Source: an uncultured Bacteroides sp. (GTDB taxonomy: Bacteria; Bacteroidota; Bacteroidia; Bacteroidales; UBA932). Taken from it: 64,000 nt of DNA. The notes beneath the pieces are model-generated. The model had not been told where the DNA came from, did not search any database, and was given only the letters and a program-made list of their open reading frames with translations. The DNA is taken from contig CABRNS010000003.1 in NCBI GenBank assembly GCA_902472425.1, forward strand, positions 42,131 to 106,130, in the 5' to 3' direction. Positions 29,597 to 39,847 of the stretch are shown here, piece by piece (within the stretch, counting starts at the first letter, position 1; every line of letters begins with the position of its first letter). A program made the position numbers and the translations under genes.

Positions 29597-31340
29597 GTTG
29601 AATTTTAAAATATCCGATCAGAACAAGATATTGCTTCTGAGTTTTATAGTCGGCGTGCTCTCTGGGTGCGCCGCTGTCATTCTTGATTTCGCTATAGAAC
29701 TCATAAGTTATGTTCTTAATGGCAACATCTGGGGCTCACTGGACTACGAGTTCAGTTTTCTTGTCCTGCCGGGTGTGGGAATGCTTGTCTCCCTGCTTCT
29801 GCTGAAATTTGTCGTGAAGGACAATATCGGACATGGAGTGACAAAGGTTCTTCTGGCCATATCAAGGAACGAGTCCAAGATCAAGCCCCACAATATGTGG
29901 TCGTCTGTGCTGACTTCCAGTTTTACCATAGGTTTCGGTGGTTCCGTCGGAGCTGAGGCGCCTATAGTATATACCGGTGCGGCCATAGGTTCCAACATAG
30001 GCCGGGTGTGCAAGCTTTCCTACCGGAACATTACCTTGCTGCTCGGATGCGGTGCTGCAGGTGCTGTGGCCGGGATATTCAAGGCCCCGTTGGCAGGTGT
30101 GCTCTTCACAATGGAAATATTGCTTTTCAACGTTTCCATGAAGACCATGCTTCCACTGCTGATTTCTACCATTTCTGCCACGGTGATAGCATATATCTTC
30201 AGGGGCCAGACCCCTGTTTTCGCCTGCAACCTTACACCCTTCTCGATGCCGAACATCCCGTTCTATATCGGGCTTGGAGCGGCTGCCGGCCTGTTTTCCC
30301 TGTATTTTACCAACGGAACGCTGTGGTTGGAGGACAAACTCGGGAAATTCAAAAACCCTTATGTGAAATGGGGAGTGTGCGCTGTAGGATTGGGACTTCT
30401 CATATTCCTTTTGCCGCCACTTTACGGGCAGGGGTATGATTCCCTTCACAGTCTTTTGAACGGGCATGAAATAGTCCTTGAGCGCAAGACCATGCTTTCA
30501 TTCATGATGAATTACAAGTGGGGTATTCCGATATTCTTCACCCTGATTCTCTTCTTGAAGATAGTGGCGATGACCCTTACAAACTCCGGAGGAGGAGTGG
30601 GAGGAACATTTGGTCCTACGCTGTTCTCCGGTGCCATACTGGGATTCATCGTGGCGAGATGTTTCAATCTTGTGGGATTCAGTGTCCCGGAGCAGAACTT
30701 CGTCCTGGTGGGAATGGCTGCCTTGATGGCTGGAGTGATGCAGGCCCCGATGACCGCGATCTTCTTGATTGCGGAGATATCAGGTGGATATGAACTGTTG
30801 ATTCCGCTGATTCTTACATCGACGGTGTCGTTCGGGACTGTGCGTATTTTTGAGAAATATTCCATATATACCAAGCGTATCGCCCAAAGCGGAGACCTGC
30901 TGACCCATGACAACGATCAGGCCGTGCTGACACTGCTTCAGACCAAGGACCTTATCAGGGACAAATATCCACGAGTGCAGATAGATGCCACACTGCGTGA
31001 TGTTGTGGGCATAATATCCGATTCGGAAGCAGCTGTGCTGGCGGTTATAGATTCGAATGGAAGATTTCAGGGGATGGTGGATGTGGCCGCCGCCCGCAAA
31101 TATCTGTTCAGCCCGGACAAATACGACAGCATACATGTCTATAACATTATGGAAACGCCGCCGGATTACATCTACTATGGTGAAAAGATGGATACGGTGA
31201 TGCGCAAGTTCGAGAAGACCGGGGCCTGGCGTTTGCCGGTAGTGGATCCGGACAGCAAGAAATATCTTGGATTCATATCCAAGTCCCGTCTGCTTATGGC
31301 CTATAGAGCCGAACTTCGGGAAATCTCCCTTGAAGACTGA
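29571..31340 (+). CDS. ClC-family voltage-gated chloride channel with C-terminal CBS pair
   Basis: GSVGAEAP, GxFxP (GIFKAPLAG), GGGVGGTFGPT selectivity motifs; tandem CBS domains at the C-terminus. Start uncertain: ATG 29571, GTG 29589 or TTG 29598, all overlapping or abutting the upstream gene in another frame. Confidence 0.8.
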   Translation: MILRIPVNRLNFKISDQNKILLLSFIVGVLSGCAAVILDFAIELISYVLNGNIWGSLDYEFSFLVLPGVGMLVSLLLLKFVVKDNIGHGVTKVLLAISRNESKIKPHNMWSSVLTSSFTIGFGGSVGAEAPIVYTGAAIGSNIGRVCKLSYRNITLLLGCGAAGAVAGIFKAPLAGVLFTMEILLFNVSMKTMLPLLISTISATVIAYIFRGQTPVFACNLTPFSMPNIPFYIGLGAAAGLFSLYFTNGTLWLEDKLGKFKNPYVKWGVCAVGLGLLIFLLPPLYGQGYDSLHSLLNGHEIVLERKTMLSFMMNYKWGIPIFFTLILFLKIVAMTLTNSGGGVGGTFGPTLFSGAILGFIVARCFNLVGFSVPEQNFVLVGMAALMAGVMQAPMTAIFLIAEISGGYELLIPLILTSTVSFGTVRIFEKYSIYTKRIAQSGDLLTHDNDQAVLTLLQTKDLIRDKYPRVQIDATLRDVVGIISDSEAAVLAVIDSNGRFQGMVDVAAARKYLFSPDKYDSIHVYNIMETPPDYIYYGEKMDTVMRKFEKTGAWRLPVVDPDSKKYLGFISKSRLLMAYRAELREISLED

Positions 31341-31393
31341 CGCTTCCGACAGGGGATAGCGTCCGAAATCAGGCGCACATCCCGTTGTAGCCT

Positions 31394-33541
31394 TTATATC
31401 TTGGATTTGCCGGCCGGCCTGAGAGCGATTCTCGATCTGTCGAGATCAACGGATTCCACGATTACCGTTATGTGCTGATGCAACTTAAGGACCTTGGTGG
31501 GATCTGTGCCACGGGGACCGAGTTTGGAGACGTGTATGAGACCATTCTCATGCAGGCCTATATCTACGAACGCACCGAAATTGGTGATGTTGGTCACTAT
31601 TCCGGGAAGTTCCATGCCGGTCTTAAGGTCTTCTATGCTTCTGACATCCTCTGCAAACGAGAATTCTCCCGCATGTTCGCGCGGGTCGAGCCCCGGTTTG
31701 GCAAGTTCTTTTATGATGTCATTGATGGTCGGGAGTCCTGCCTGATCGGTTACGAAGTCCTGAGCGTTGATGCGTGAACATAAATCCTGATTGCCGACCA
31801 GTTCTCTGGTGCTGACGCCGAGTGACTTGGCCATTGCATCCACAATCCCGTAGGATTCAGGATGAACTGCCGATGCATCGAGCGGGTTCCCCTCTCCCCT
31901 TATTCTCAGGAATCCGGCACACTGCTTGAACGCCTTTGCGCCTAGTCGCGGGACTTTCTTGAGATCTTCTCTGCTGCTGAATGCGCCTTCTTTGTCCCTG
32001 TATGAGACAATGCTTTCTGACAATGACGGCCCGATTCCGGCGACATACGAGAGAAGGTACGGTGAGGCAGTGTTGAGGTTGACGCCTACGGAGTTGACAC
32101 AACTTTCAACGGTATTGTCCAGTTTCTCCTTCAGCAGGCCCTGATCCACATCATGCTGATATTGACCTATGCCAAGATTCTTCGGATCTATTTTGACAAG
32201 TTCCGCCAGAGGGTCCATAAGACGCCTTCCTATGGATACGGCGCCCCGGACAGTGACGTCTTCGTCCGGAAATTCCTTTCTGGCGACTTCCGATGCGCTG
32301 TAGATGGAAGCTCCGTCTTCACTTACCGTCCAAACTTTGCATCCTTCAGGAAGCCTGATGCGCTTTATGAAATCTTCAGTCTCCCGGGATGCGGTGCCGT
32401 TTCCTATGGCGATGGCTTCTGTCTTGTATTTGCCAATCATTTCCTGCACCGCCATGATTGACTTTACCTTGTCGTTTTGTGGAGGGTGAGGATATATGAT
32501 TGTATGATACAGAAGCTTTCCTTCTGCGCTTAGACAGGCTATTTTGCATCCGTTGCGGAATCCCGGGTCTATGGCCATGGTTCTTTTCTGCCCGACCGGG
32601 ACTCCGAGAAGGAGCTGCCTGAGGTTGTCCCCGAAGACGTTGATGCTTTCGATGTCGGCCCTGCTCTTGGCCTCACGTATCACCTCTGCGCTGATGGAAG
32701 GCTCGATGAGTCGTTTGAATGAGTCCTGGACGGCAAGTTTGATCTGCTCTGCAAGTTCTCCTCCAGGGAAAGCATGCGCTTTGCAGAAATCGTAGTATAT
32801 CTTGTCACAACTCCTCTGAGCGTCCGTATCTATGGATACCTTGAGGAATCCTTCGTTCTCCGCCCTCAGTATGGCAAGAAGTGTATGTGCCGGGATGCGG
32901 TCCAACGGATATGACTTGTCAAAGCAATTTCTGTATTTGTCCGCTTCCGGATTCTCTTTCCCGGATTTGGTGACCTTGGTGCAGAGATGTCTTTTACGGA
33001 AGATGGACCTTTGGTTCTCACGTATTGCGGCTGTTTCGCTGAGCCGCTCGGAAATGATGTCCCTTGCTCCGGCAAGAGCGGCTTCGATGTCGGAGACATC
33101 TCCCTTGACGAATTTGGAGGCATCGGATGACGGGTAGCGTGAACGTACGTTCCACATCAGGTCTGCAAGCGGCTCGAGACCGAGTTCCCTGGCGGCAGTG
33201 GCCCGTGTGCGTCTTTTCGGTCTGAAGGGAAGGTACAAATCTTCAAGTTCGGTGGAGTTTACGCAATTCTCTATCTGCTCTTTCAGGTCTTCCGTAAGGG
33301 ATCCTGATTCCGAGATGGTCTTGAGAACTGTTTCTTTGCGCTTTTCCATCTCATTGAAGACGTCTATGTAGTGTTTGAGTTCTGCAACCTGGGCATCGTC
33401 CATGCCGCCGGTCTTTTCCTTCCTGTAGCGGCTGATGAAAGGTATTGTGTCGCCGTCTGCAAACATCTCGACACAATTCTCCACCTGCCAGGATTTGATG
33501 CCCATGATGTCGGCAATCCTGTCAACGTACAACTCTTTCAT
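31394..33541 (-). CDS. tex: transcription accessory protein Tex (YqgF/HhH/S1 domains)
   Basis: 715 aa; N-terminal IPFISRYRKEKTGG, C-terminal S1 domain GIVTNITNFGAFVDIG. Confidence 0.9.
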   Translation of the reverse strand: MKELYVDRIADIMGIKSWQVENCVEMFADGDTIPFISRYRKEKTGGMDDAQVAELKHYIDVFNEMEKRKETVLKTISESGSLTEDLKEQIENCVNSTELEDLYLPFRPKRRTRATAARELGLEPLADLMWNVRSRYPSSDASKFVKGDVSDIEAALAGARDIISERLSETAAIRENQRSIFRKRHLCTKVTKSGKENPEADKYRNCFDKSYPLDRIPAHTLLAILRAENEGFLKVSIDTDAQRSCDKIYYDFCKAHAFPGGELAEQIKLAVQDSFKRLIEPSISAEVIREAKSRADIESINVFGDNLRQLLLGVPVGQKRTMAIDPGFRNGCKIACLSAEGKLLYHTIIYPHPPQNDKVKSIMAVQEMIGKYKTEAIAIGNGTASRETEDFIKRIRLPEGCKVWTVSEDGASIYSASEVARKEFPDEDVTVRGAVSIGRRLMDPLAELVKIDPKNLGIGQYQHDVDQGLLKEKLDNTVESCVNSVGVNLNTASPYLLSYVAGIGPSLSESIVSYRDKEGAFSSREDLKKVPRLGAKAFKQCAGFLRIRGEGNPLDASAVHPESYGIVDAMAKSLGVSTRELVGNQDLCSRINAQDFVTDQAGLPTINDIIKELAKPGLDPREHAGEFSFAEDVRSIEDLKTGMELPGIVTNITNFGAFVDIGLHENGLIHVSKLGPRGTDPTKVLKLHQHITVIVESVDLDRSRIALRPAGKSKI

Positions 33542-34269
33542 TATTTGCCTGCTTTTTTGAACTTGCGGAACCTGAGAGCGAGAACGCCCCAGAAGGCTTC
33601 TCCGAAAATGCTTCCTGACATCTTGGAAGTCCCTTCCTTGCGGTTGACGAATACGACCGGCACTTCGGCAATCTTGAAGCCAAGTTTGTGGGCGGTGTAT
33701 TTGAGTTCTATCTGGAATCCGTAGCCCTTCATCCTGACGGCATCCAGATCTATGGTCTCAAGAACTTTGCGAGAGTAGCAGACAAATCCTGCCGTGCTGT
33801 CAAATATTCTGAATCCAAGGACCGTGCGTACATAGATGGAAGCACAATAGGAAATCATGATTCTTCCCATAGGCCAGTTTACCACATTGATTCCGTCGCA
33901 GTAACGGGAGCCTACAGACATGTCCGCGCCACCTTCGACGCAGGCTGCAAGCAGTCTTGGCAGATCGGCCGGATTGTGTGAGAAGTCGGCGTCCATCTCG
34001 AAAATATAGTCATAATCATGCTCCAGGGCCCACTTGAATCCGGCGACATACGCCGTGCCAAGGCCGAGCTTTCCGCTTCTTTCTATGAGGAAAATCCTGT
34101 CCGGACATTGCTTCTGGATAGAGCGGACCGCGTCTGCGGTGCCGTCCGGCGAACCGTCGTCGATTACCAGTATATGATAGTCGCCCTCAATGTCAGACAC
34201 CGCGGCAATTATCTTCCCAATGTTTTCAATTTCATTGTAGGTAGGGATTATTACGAGTTTTTTCTCCAT
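33541..34269 (-). CDS. GT2 polyprenol-phosphate glycosyltransferase (dolichyl-phosphate mannose synthase-like)
   Basis: 242 aa; IIPTYNE...VIDDGSPDGT...D-x-D GT2 signature. Confidence 0.8.
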   Translation of the reverse strand: MEKKLVIIPTYNEIENIGKIIAAVSDIEGDYHILVIDDGSPDGTADAVRSIQKQCPDRIFLIERSGKLGLGTAYVAGFKWALEHDYDYIFEMDADFSHNPADLPRLLAACVEGGADMSVGSRYCDGINVVNWPMGRIMISYCASIYVRTVLGFRIFDSTAGFVCYSRKVLETIDLDAVRMKGYGFQIELKYTAHKLGFKIAEVPVVFVNRKEGTSKMSGSIFGEAFWGVLALRFRKFKKAGK

Positions 34270-34326
34270 ACGGAAAGCATTTATGTGGATACAAATTTAG
34301 TATTTTTTGTTTAAGTTTGCACTATT

Positions 34327-35655
34327 ATGAAAATGGTAGAGAGATTTGACGTATGCGCCCGTACTTCTACGAAACGTCTTCGTGAGATAGCTTGCGCGTG
34401 TGATTCTGAATATTTGTTGTTGTACACCGGAGAGGGAGAGCTGCGGTGGGTGGATTTCGGTTTGGAAAGGATGGTTTCCGTGGCCCGGGATACGGATGCG
34501 GCGATGGTTTATTCCGACCGTTTTGTGTACAAGGACGGAAATGTGGAGCCGGCCCCGGTTATTGACTGGCAGGATGGCGCGTTGAGGGATGATTTTGATT
34601 TTGGCGGCGTGCAGTTGTACCGGACATCCGTTTTTAAGGATGTTGTGAGGGAGATGGACGCTGAATATGAGTTTGCGGCGATGTATGATCTGCGGCTTCG
34701 GGTGAGCAGAATCTGCGCCCCGCTGCACATAGGGGAATTTCTGTACTATGAGCTGGAGAAGGATTTGAGGGCTTCCGGAGAGAAGTTGTTTGACTATGTG
34801 AATCCTCGCAACCGGGAGGTGCAGATAGAGATGGAAAAGGTCTGCACTGCGCATTTGAAGGCAGTCGGAGGCTATCTTGAGCCTCATTTCAAGGATGTTG
34901 ACCTAAGTGACGGGGGAGAGTTCGAATATGAAGCGTCGGTGGTGATTCCGTGCCGGAACAGGGTGCGCACGATAGGGGACGCCATTCGTTCTGCGTTGTC
35001 ACAGAAGACGGATTTCAGATACAATGTGATAGTGGTGGATGACAATTCCACTGACGGAACGGTGGATGTGATACGCGGGTTTGATGACAAGCGGCTTATT
35101 TATATCGCGCAGGATGACAGCTATCATGCCATAGGAGGCAATTGGAACGCTGCCGTGCATCATCCCAAGTGCGGACGGTTTGCTCTGCAGCTTGACTCGG
35201 ATGACATGTATTCCGATGAGAATACGGTGCAGAGATTTGTGGACGCATTCCGTAAGGAGAACTGCGCCATGGTGATAGGAACCTATCAGATTACGGATAT
35301 AGACCTTCGGCCGCTTCCTCCCGGGGTAATCGACCATCGCGAATGGACAGAAGATAACGGACGCAACAATGCGCTGCGAATCAATGGCTTAGGCGCTCCT
35401 CGCGGCTTCTGGACACCTCTTTTGCGCACCATCAATTTTCCGACCGTGAAGTACGGGGAGGATTATGCCGTGGCTCTTCGTATTTCAAGAGAGTACCGTA
35501 TAGGGCGAATTTACGAGGTGATGTACGACTGCCGTCGCTGGGAAGATAACTCCGATGCGGCGCTTGACGTTCAGAAGGTCAATGCCAACAATCATTACAA
35601 GGACAGCCTGCGTACCTGGGAACTCCGCGCCCGTCAGGCAATGAACCGGAAGTGA
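34327..35655 (+). CDS. two-domain glycosyltransferase (C-terminal GT2 domain, N-terminal domain of unknown function)
   Basis: 442 aa; second half has [20 protein letters not shown]...[12 protein letters not shown] (GT2); first 200 aa unassigned; visibly higher GC than neighbours. Confidence 0.65.
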   Translation: MKMVERFDVCARTSTKRLREIACACDSEYLLLYTGEGELRWVDFGLERMVSVARDTDAAMVYSDRFVYKDGNVEPAPVIDWQDGALRDDFDFGGVQLYRTSVFKDVVREMDAEYEFAAMYDLRLRVSRICAPLHIGEFLYYELEKDLRASGEKLFDYVNPRNREVQIEMEKVCTAHLKAVGGYLEPHFKDVDLSDGGEFEYEASVVIPCRNRVRTIGDAIRSALSQKTDFRYNVIVVDDNSTDGTVDVIRGFDDKRLIYIAQDDSYHAIGGNWNAAVHHPKCGRFALQLDSDDMYSDENTVQRFVDAFRKENCAMVIGTYQITDIDLRPLPPGVIDHREWTEDNGRNNALRINGLGAPRGFWTPLLRTINFPTVKYGEDYAVALRISREYRIGRIYEVMYDCRRWEDNSDAALDVQKVNANNHYKDSLRTWELRARQAMNRK

Positions 35656-35668
35656 CGAGCCGCTTGTT

Positions 35669-36088
35669 CTAGTCCATTTCGCGGAGTTTGCGGCATAGTT
35701 CGGGGAATCTCTCGTCGAGTACGGCGGGTTTCCCTTTATCGAAGAAGCAGTGGGTGGTGATGCCTTTGCATACCAGTGCCCCGTTTACTGTCATCCGGTA
35801 ATTGAATTTCATTTTCAGCGCCGAGATGTCTTCGAGTCCCACGTTTATGACTATTTCATCGCGGAAAGTGGTGGTTTTCTTATATTCGCACTCCACGCTG
35901 ACAACGGGGGAACTTATCCCTTCGGCCTCCATCCTGTCGAAGCCGTAATCGAGCTTTTCAAGCAACTCTATGCGGGCTTCTTCCATATACCTTATATAAT
36001 TGGAATGATGGGTGATGCCCATCCTGTCGCATTCGTAGTAATTGACCTTTCTTCTGTAGATTTCCATTGAAATTGTTTCTAAAACCAC
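35669..36088 (-). CDS. 4HBT/YbgC-type acyl-CoA thioesterase
   Basis: 139 aa, YYECDRMGITHHSNYIRYMEEARIELL hot-dog thioesterase N-terminus. Confidence 0.7.
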   Translation of the reverse strand: MVLETISMEIYRRKVNYYECDRMGITHHSNYIRYMEEARIELLEKLDYGFDRMEAEGISSPVVSVECEYKKTTTFRDEIVINVGLEDISALKMKFNYRMTVNGALVCKGITTHCFFDKGKPAVLDERFPELCRKLREMD

Positions 36089-36149
36089 GCAAAGATATGA
36101 AAAGATTCATAGACTTGTGGGGTAGGGAAATGTCAAATATTTGAAAAAA

Positions 36150-36180
36150 ATTTGCGCGTACGGAAATTTGTCGTATCTTT
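36150..36180 (+). promoter_or_regulatory. candidate sigma-A promoter (-33 TTTG ... 19 nt ... -7 TATCTTTG) for the ABC/GntR operon
   Basis: TTTG at 36150-36153 and TATCTTTG at 36173-36180 with 19-nt spacing; ATG 35 nt downstream. Confidence 0.45.
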
Positions 36181-36214
36181 GCAGTGTGCTAATAAACTAT
36201 TACACTATTAAGAT

Positions 36215-37045
36215 ATGATAAAAGTCAATAATCTTGCATTCAGCTACGGCAAGGACCAGGTGCTGAAAAATATCAATCTTACTCTCGAGGACGGTAAGAT
36301 TTATGGTCTTCTTGGGGAGAATGGTGTGGGCAAGACCACGCTGTTGACTCTTCTTTGCGGTCTCAAGAAGACGCAGGTCGGCTCTATTGATGCGGATGGC
36401 GCAAATCCTTATGACAGAGAGCCTTCTCTTCTTGAGCAGATGTTCTACCTTCCGGATGATGTGGCGCCAATATATGACAAGGCTTATGCCTGGGCCAAGT
36501 CCAGAGGAAAGTTCTGGTCAAATTTCTCGCTTGACAAGTTCGTGGAGATAATGGATGGTTTTGAGAATGACGTGAATCAGAAGCTCAGTGCGATGTCCAC
36601 AGGTCAGTTGAAGAAAACCTATATTTCATTTGCCCTGGCCTGCTCCACCAAGTATCTTTTCCTTGACGAGCCTACCAACGGACTCGACATTCCGTCCAAC
36701 TCCCAGTTCCGGTCGTCCATTCTCAAGTACACTTCGGAAGATTCCACAATAGTGATTTCTACTCACCAGGTGCGGGACCTTGAGAATGTGATAGACCCTA
36801 TCATCATACTTGACCGTCAGGATGTGCTTCTCAACGCTTCTCTCGAAGAGGTTTCCCGCAAACTGTTTTTTGACTATGGTACCGAACTTCACCAGGAGAG
36901 TCTATATTCCGAGCAACTGCCGGGAGGGTTCATTCAAGTGTATCCCAATGTCCGGAACCAGGACAGCAAGGTCAACATTGAAGCGCTGTTCAATGCGGTC
37001 CACAAGAATAAAGAACTGATTAAAGGAATGTTTACAAGCAAATAA
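36215..37045 (+). CDS. ABC transporter ATP-binding protein
   Basis: Walker A GENGVGKTT, degenerate signature LSAMSTGQ, Walker B LFLDEP. Confidence 0.85.
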   Translation: MIKVNNLAFSYGKDQVLKNINLTLEDGKIYGLLGENGVGKTTLLTLLCGLKKTQVGSIDADGANPYDREPSLLEQMFYLPDDVAPIYDKAYAWAKSRGKFWSNFSLDKFVEIMDGFENDVNQKLSAMSTGQLKKTYISFALACSTKYLFLDEPTNGLDIPSNSQFRSSILKYTSEDSTIVISTHQVRDLENVIDPIIILDRQDVLLNASLEEVSRKLFFDYGTELHQESLYSEQLPGGFIQVYPNVRNQDSKVNIEALFNAVHKNKELIKGMFTSK

Positions 37046-37056
37046 GGGATAATACT

Positions 37057-37860
37057 ATGAACAATATATTCAATATCAAGCGGTTTTCTACGTATTTCAT
37101 GTATGATCTCCGCAATGCCAAAAACAATTACGGTCTTTCCATGGTTGTAGTGGGACTCGTACCGGTCATAATGTTTGCATTCTACCAGATAATTGCGTGG
37201 ATGTCCAGTGCGAACAATTATGTATTAGGATCTCCTGTCAGGGTAATGTCTTTTTTGATAGCCTGCTGCATAGTGCTGCTTTCTTCCCCTGTCAAACTCT
37301 ACGGACGGATTACCGAGAGGCGCTATGGCTCCGACTGGCTTATGATACCTGCATCGACATTTGAGAAGTGGTTGTCCATGATGCTTATTACAGCCATTGT
37401 GATTCCGGTAGTGATGACAGTGTTTCTTATGGCGAGTGATACGGCTCTGTCGCTGCTGTTCCCGTATGCGTATGGAGAGACTATTTTTTCCATTCTTGAC
37501 GGCGTGAATATTTTTGACATTGAGTGCGGCCCTCAGTTGAGCATTAATCTGGGCTATCCGCTCATAGTGTCGTGGATTTGCAATGCACTTGCTTTTACCC
37601 TCGGTGCGATATTCTTCAAACGGGCCAAGATTGCCAAGACCATTCTTGCCTGTATGGCAATCGGGGTAGTATCCAGCAGTGTTTTCTTCTCGTTTATCAA
37701 CGCCGACAGCTTTGAGCTTTTTATCGACGAGGTGGAAATTAGCGGAGATCCGGGACGTGCAGTCAGTATTCTGAACAATTGGGTCAACATTACCATGATT
37801 CTTGAACTGGTAGTTCTCTCGGTCGCTATATTCTTTAGACTCAGAACTATAAAACATTAG
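37057..37860 (+). CDS. polytopic membrane protein (probable ABC-2-like permease partner)
   Basis: 267 aa, about 6 TM, no soluble domain; immediately follows the ATPase. Confidence 0.55.
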   Translation: MNNIFNIKRFSTYFMYDLRNAKNNYGLSMVVVGLVPVIMFAFYQIIAWMSSANNYVLGSPVRVMSFLIACCIVLLSSPVKLYGRITERRYGSDWLMIPASTFEKWLSMMLITAIVIPVVMTVFLMASDTALSLLFPYAYGETIFSILDGVNIFDIECGPQLSINLGYPLIVSWICNALAFTLGAIFFKRAKIAKTILACMAIGVVSSSVFFSFINADSFELFIDEVEISGDPGRAVSILNNWVNITMILELVVLSVAIFFRLRTIKH

Positions 37861-37864
37861 AGTT

Positions 37865-38206
37865 ATGATGGAGTTCGACAATAATAAGCCTATCTACATA
37901 CAGATAGCGGACAATATCTGCGAGAGAGTTCTCTCCGGAGAATTCAAGCCGGGGGATCGAATACCTTCGGTACGTGAATGGGGCGCAAGGATAGGAGTGA
38001 ATCCTAATACCGTGGCGCGTTCGTATGAAGTCCTTTCCAATCGCAATGTGATATCCAACCAAAGGGGAATAGGCTTCTTTGTGGCAGGCGATGCACTGGA
38101 TGTCATTCGGAACTCGGAGAGGAAAGAATTCATGGAGGAGGAAGTTCCGGCATTCAAGCGCAGAGCCTTGCTTTTAGGAATTGATATAAAAGATTTGTTG
38201 ATATAA
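37865..38206 (+). CDS. GntR-family transcriptional regulator (short YtrA-like subfamily)
   Basis: 113 aa; wHTH PSVREWGARIGVNPNTVARSYEVL. Confidence 0.8.
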   Translation: MMEFDNNKPIYIQIADNICERVLSGEFKPGDRIPSVREWGARIGVNPNTVARSYEVLSNRNVISNQRGIGFFVAGDALDVIRNSERKEFMEEEVPAFKRRALLLGIDIKDLLI

Positions 38207-38216
38207 TTTTAGATAT

Positions 38217-38936
38217 ATGAAAAACATTTTATGCCCATTGGCTGCTTTGTTGGCAGCATCTGCGTTGTCATCCTGCGCATTTGTCAAATATGATTCAAAA
38301 GGTGACGAGGAGCGAGTTCAGATTGAGGACAGCGGCGAATTAAGTGAAAAGGAATATGAAGTGGAGGATTTTACCGCCATCCGATGCAATATTCCTGCGG
38401 ATATTGTCTTTACTCAGGGCGAGCCTTCGGTGAAAGTGATTGCAAAGTCCGGTACGTTGGACAAGATCAGTGTTCAAAGTACAGCGGACGATATGGGAGG
38501 ACTTCTTACCATATCGAATGCCGGCAAATATTCTTTCAAGAATGTGCGCAAGCTTGAGATAAGGGTCAGCACCCGTCAGCTTTCCAAGGTGGAACTCAAC
38601 GGAGCACAATCCTTTACCTCGAAGTCCGAAATCTCTACCGGGGATTTTGATTTGCAGTCTTCTGGAGCGGCCGAAATCGAGTTGGACGGAATGTCCGCTG
38701 CAGACGTGCGACTTTTAATCAACGGAGCCGGGGATATTGACATTGATAACCTGGACTGCAAGTCTCTTGATATTCAGGTTATCGGGGCGGGAAGTTGTGA
38801 TGTGTCCGGAAAAGCGAAGGATGCAAAGGTCCTTATCAGCGGTGCCGGAGATATCGACCTTTCCGAACTGAGGGCGGAATCTTTCGACTCGGACATAAAG
38901 GAGATAGGAAGTATCAAGAAGCCTGTCCTGAAATAG
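38217..38936 (+). CDS. DUF2807 (GIN-domain, putative adhesin-head) lipoprotein
   Basis: Lipoprotein signal ...ALSSC; repeated GAGDIDI-type beta-solenoid motifs (NGAGDIDIDNL, SGAGDIDLSEL). Confidence 0.65.
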   Translation: MKNILCPLAALLAASALSSCAFVKYDSKGDEERVQIEDSGELSEKEYEVEDFTAIRCNIPADIVFTQGEPSVKVIAKSGTLDKISVQSTADDMGGLLTISNAGKYSFKNVRKLEIRVSTRQLSKVELNGAQSFTSKSEISTGDFDLQSSGAAEIELDGMSAADVRLLINGAGDIDIDNLDCKSLDIQVIGAGSCDVSGKAKDAKVLISGAGDIDLSELRAESFDSDIKEIGSIKKPVLK

Positions 38937-38944
38937 ATGCTGTA

Positions 38945-39811
38945 TTATTTGCCGGTGTTGGGAATATGCCGGGACGCTGCCGATGCCTTGAGGTTCGCTT
39001 CAAGGCGTCGGTATTCGTTTTCCGGAATGCAGAATTCTTTCAGACGATTCCAGATAATATCCACGCTGACATCTCTTGGATGTACGAGGTCATTGGCATA
39101 GAAACGGTAATCTCTAAGCTCGTCAAGCAGTATTTCGTATGCCGGGAAGTATGTGGATCTCTGCGGGAATGCTTCCAGAACACTCTGGAGTCCGATGTGC
39201 AGGGATGATTTTGAAATGGTATTGGCATGTGCTCCGTCCCCGAGATGCCGTATAGGGGAGACTGTGAATATGAACCGCTTTTCGGGATGATTCCTTACGA
39301 TGCCGGACAGTAGGGCGGCAGTTTCCGAGAAGGAGAGCATGGACCTGTCAAACTCCTTTGCCGGGCGTTTCAGGCAGTTGGACACAACTTTGCCTTTGTG
39401 CTTCCAGATGAACGATGTGCCGAGCGTGATGATGACGATGTCCGAATTGTGCCAAAAGTCCCTTGACCGGACGAGCGAACTGTTGGCTCTGTCCAGAAAA
39501 TCTTCAACCGTAAGGGCAGCGAACGAGCTGTGGTGCTCAAAACTGCATATCCTCTCTGCTCCTGCTCCCATCTGTACGCAGTCTTCAACTGTGAAAAGCG
39601 TGTCGCCGTCGAGTCTGGATACGGCTGAAGCTATGGATGCCGGATTGTAAAGGGTGCCGAACGGATTGCAGAGAACCTGGAATCCGGCGTCACGGAGCTT
39701 GCCTCCAATCTCGTCGCTGAAACAGCTTCCGAGCATTACAATCCTGCTCGACAGGGTGATGCTGATGTCGCTTCGGCGCTCTGTCCGAACCTCGGTATAT
39801 AGTTTTGTCAT
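38945..39811 (-). CDS. GSCFA-family protein
   Basis: Start at MTKLYTEVR (ATG 39809-39811); conserved IVMLGSCFSDEIG motif that names the family. Confidence 0.65.
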   Translation of the reverse strand: MTKLYTEVRTERRSDISITLSSRIVMLGSCFSDEIGGKLRDAGFQVLCNPFGTLYNPASIASAVSRLDGDTLFTVEDCVQMGAGAERICSFEHHSSFAALTVEDFLDRANSSLVRSRDFWHNSDIVIITLGTSFIWKHKGKVVSNCLKRPAKEFDRSMLSFSETAALLSGIVRNHPEKRFIFTVSPIRHLGDGAHANTISKSSLHIGLQSVLEAFPQRSTYFPAYEILLDELRDYRFYANDLVHPRDVSVDIIWNRLKEFCIPENEYRRLEANLKASAASRHIPNTGK

Positions 39812-39847
39812 AGCACAAATGTATGGATTATTTACTAATTTTGCGTT

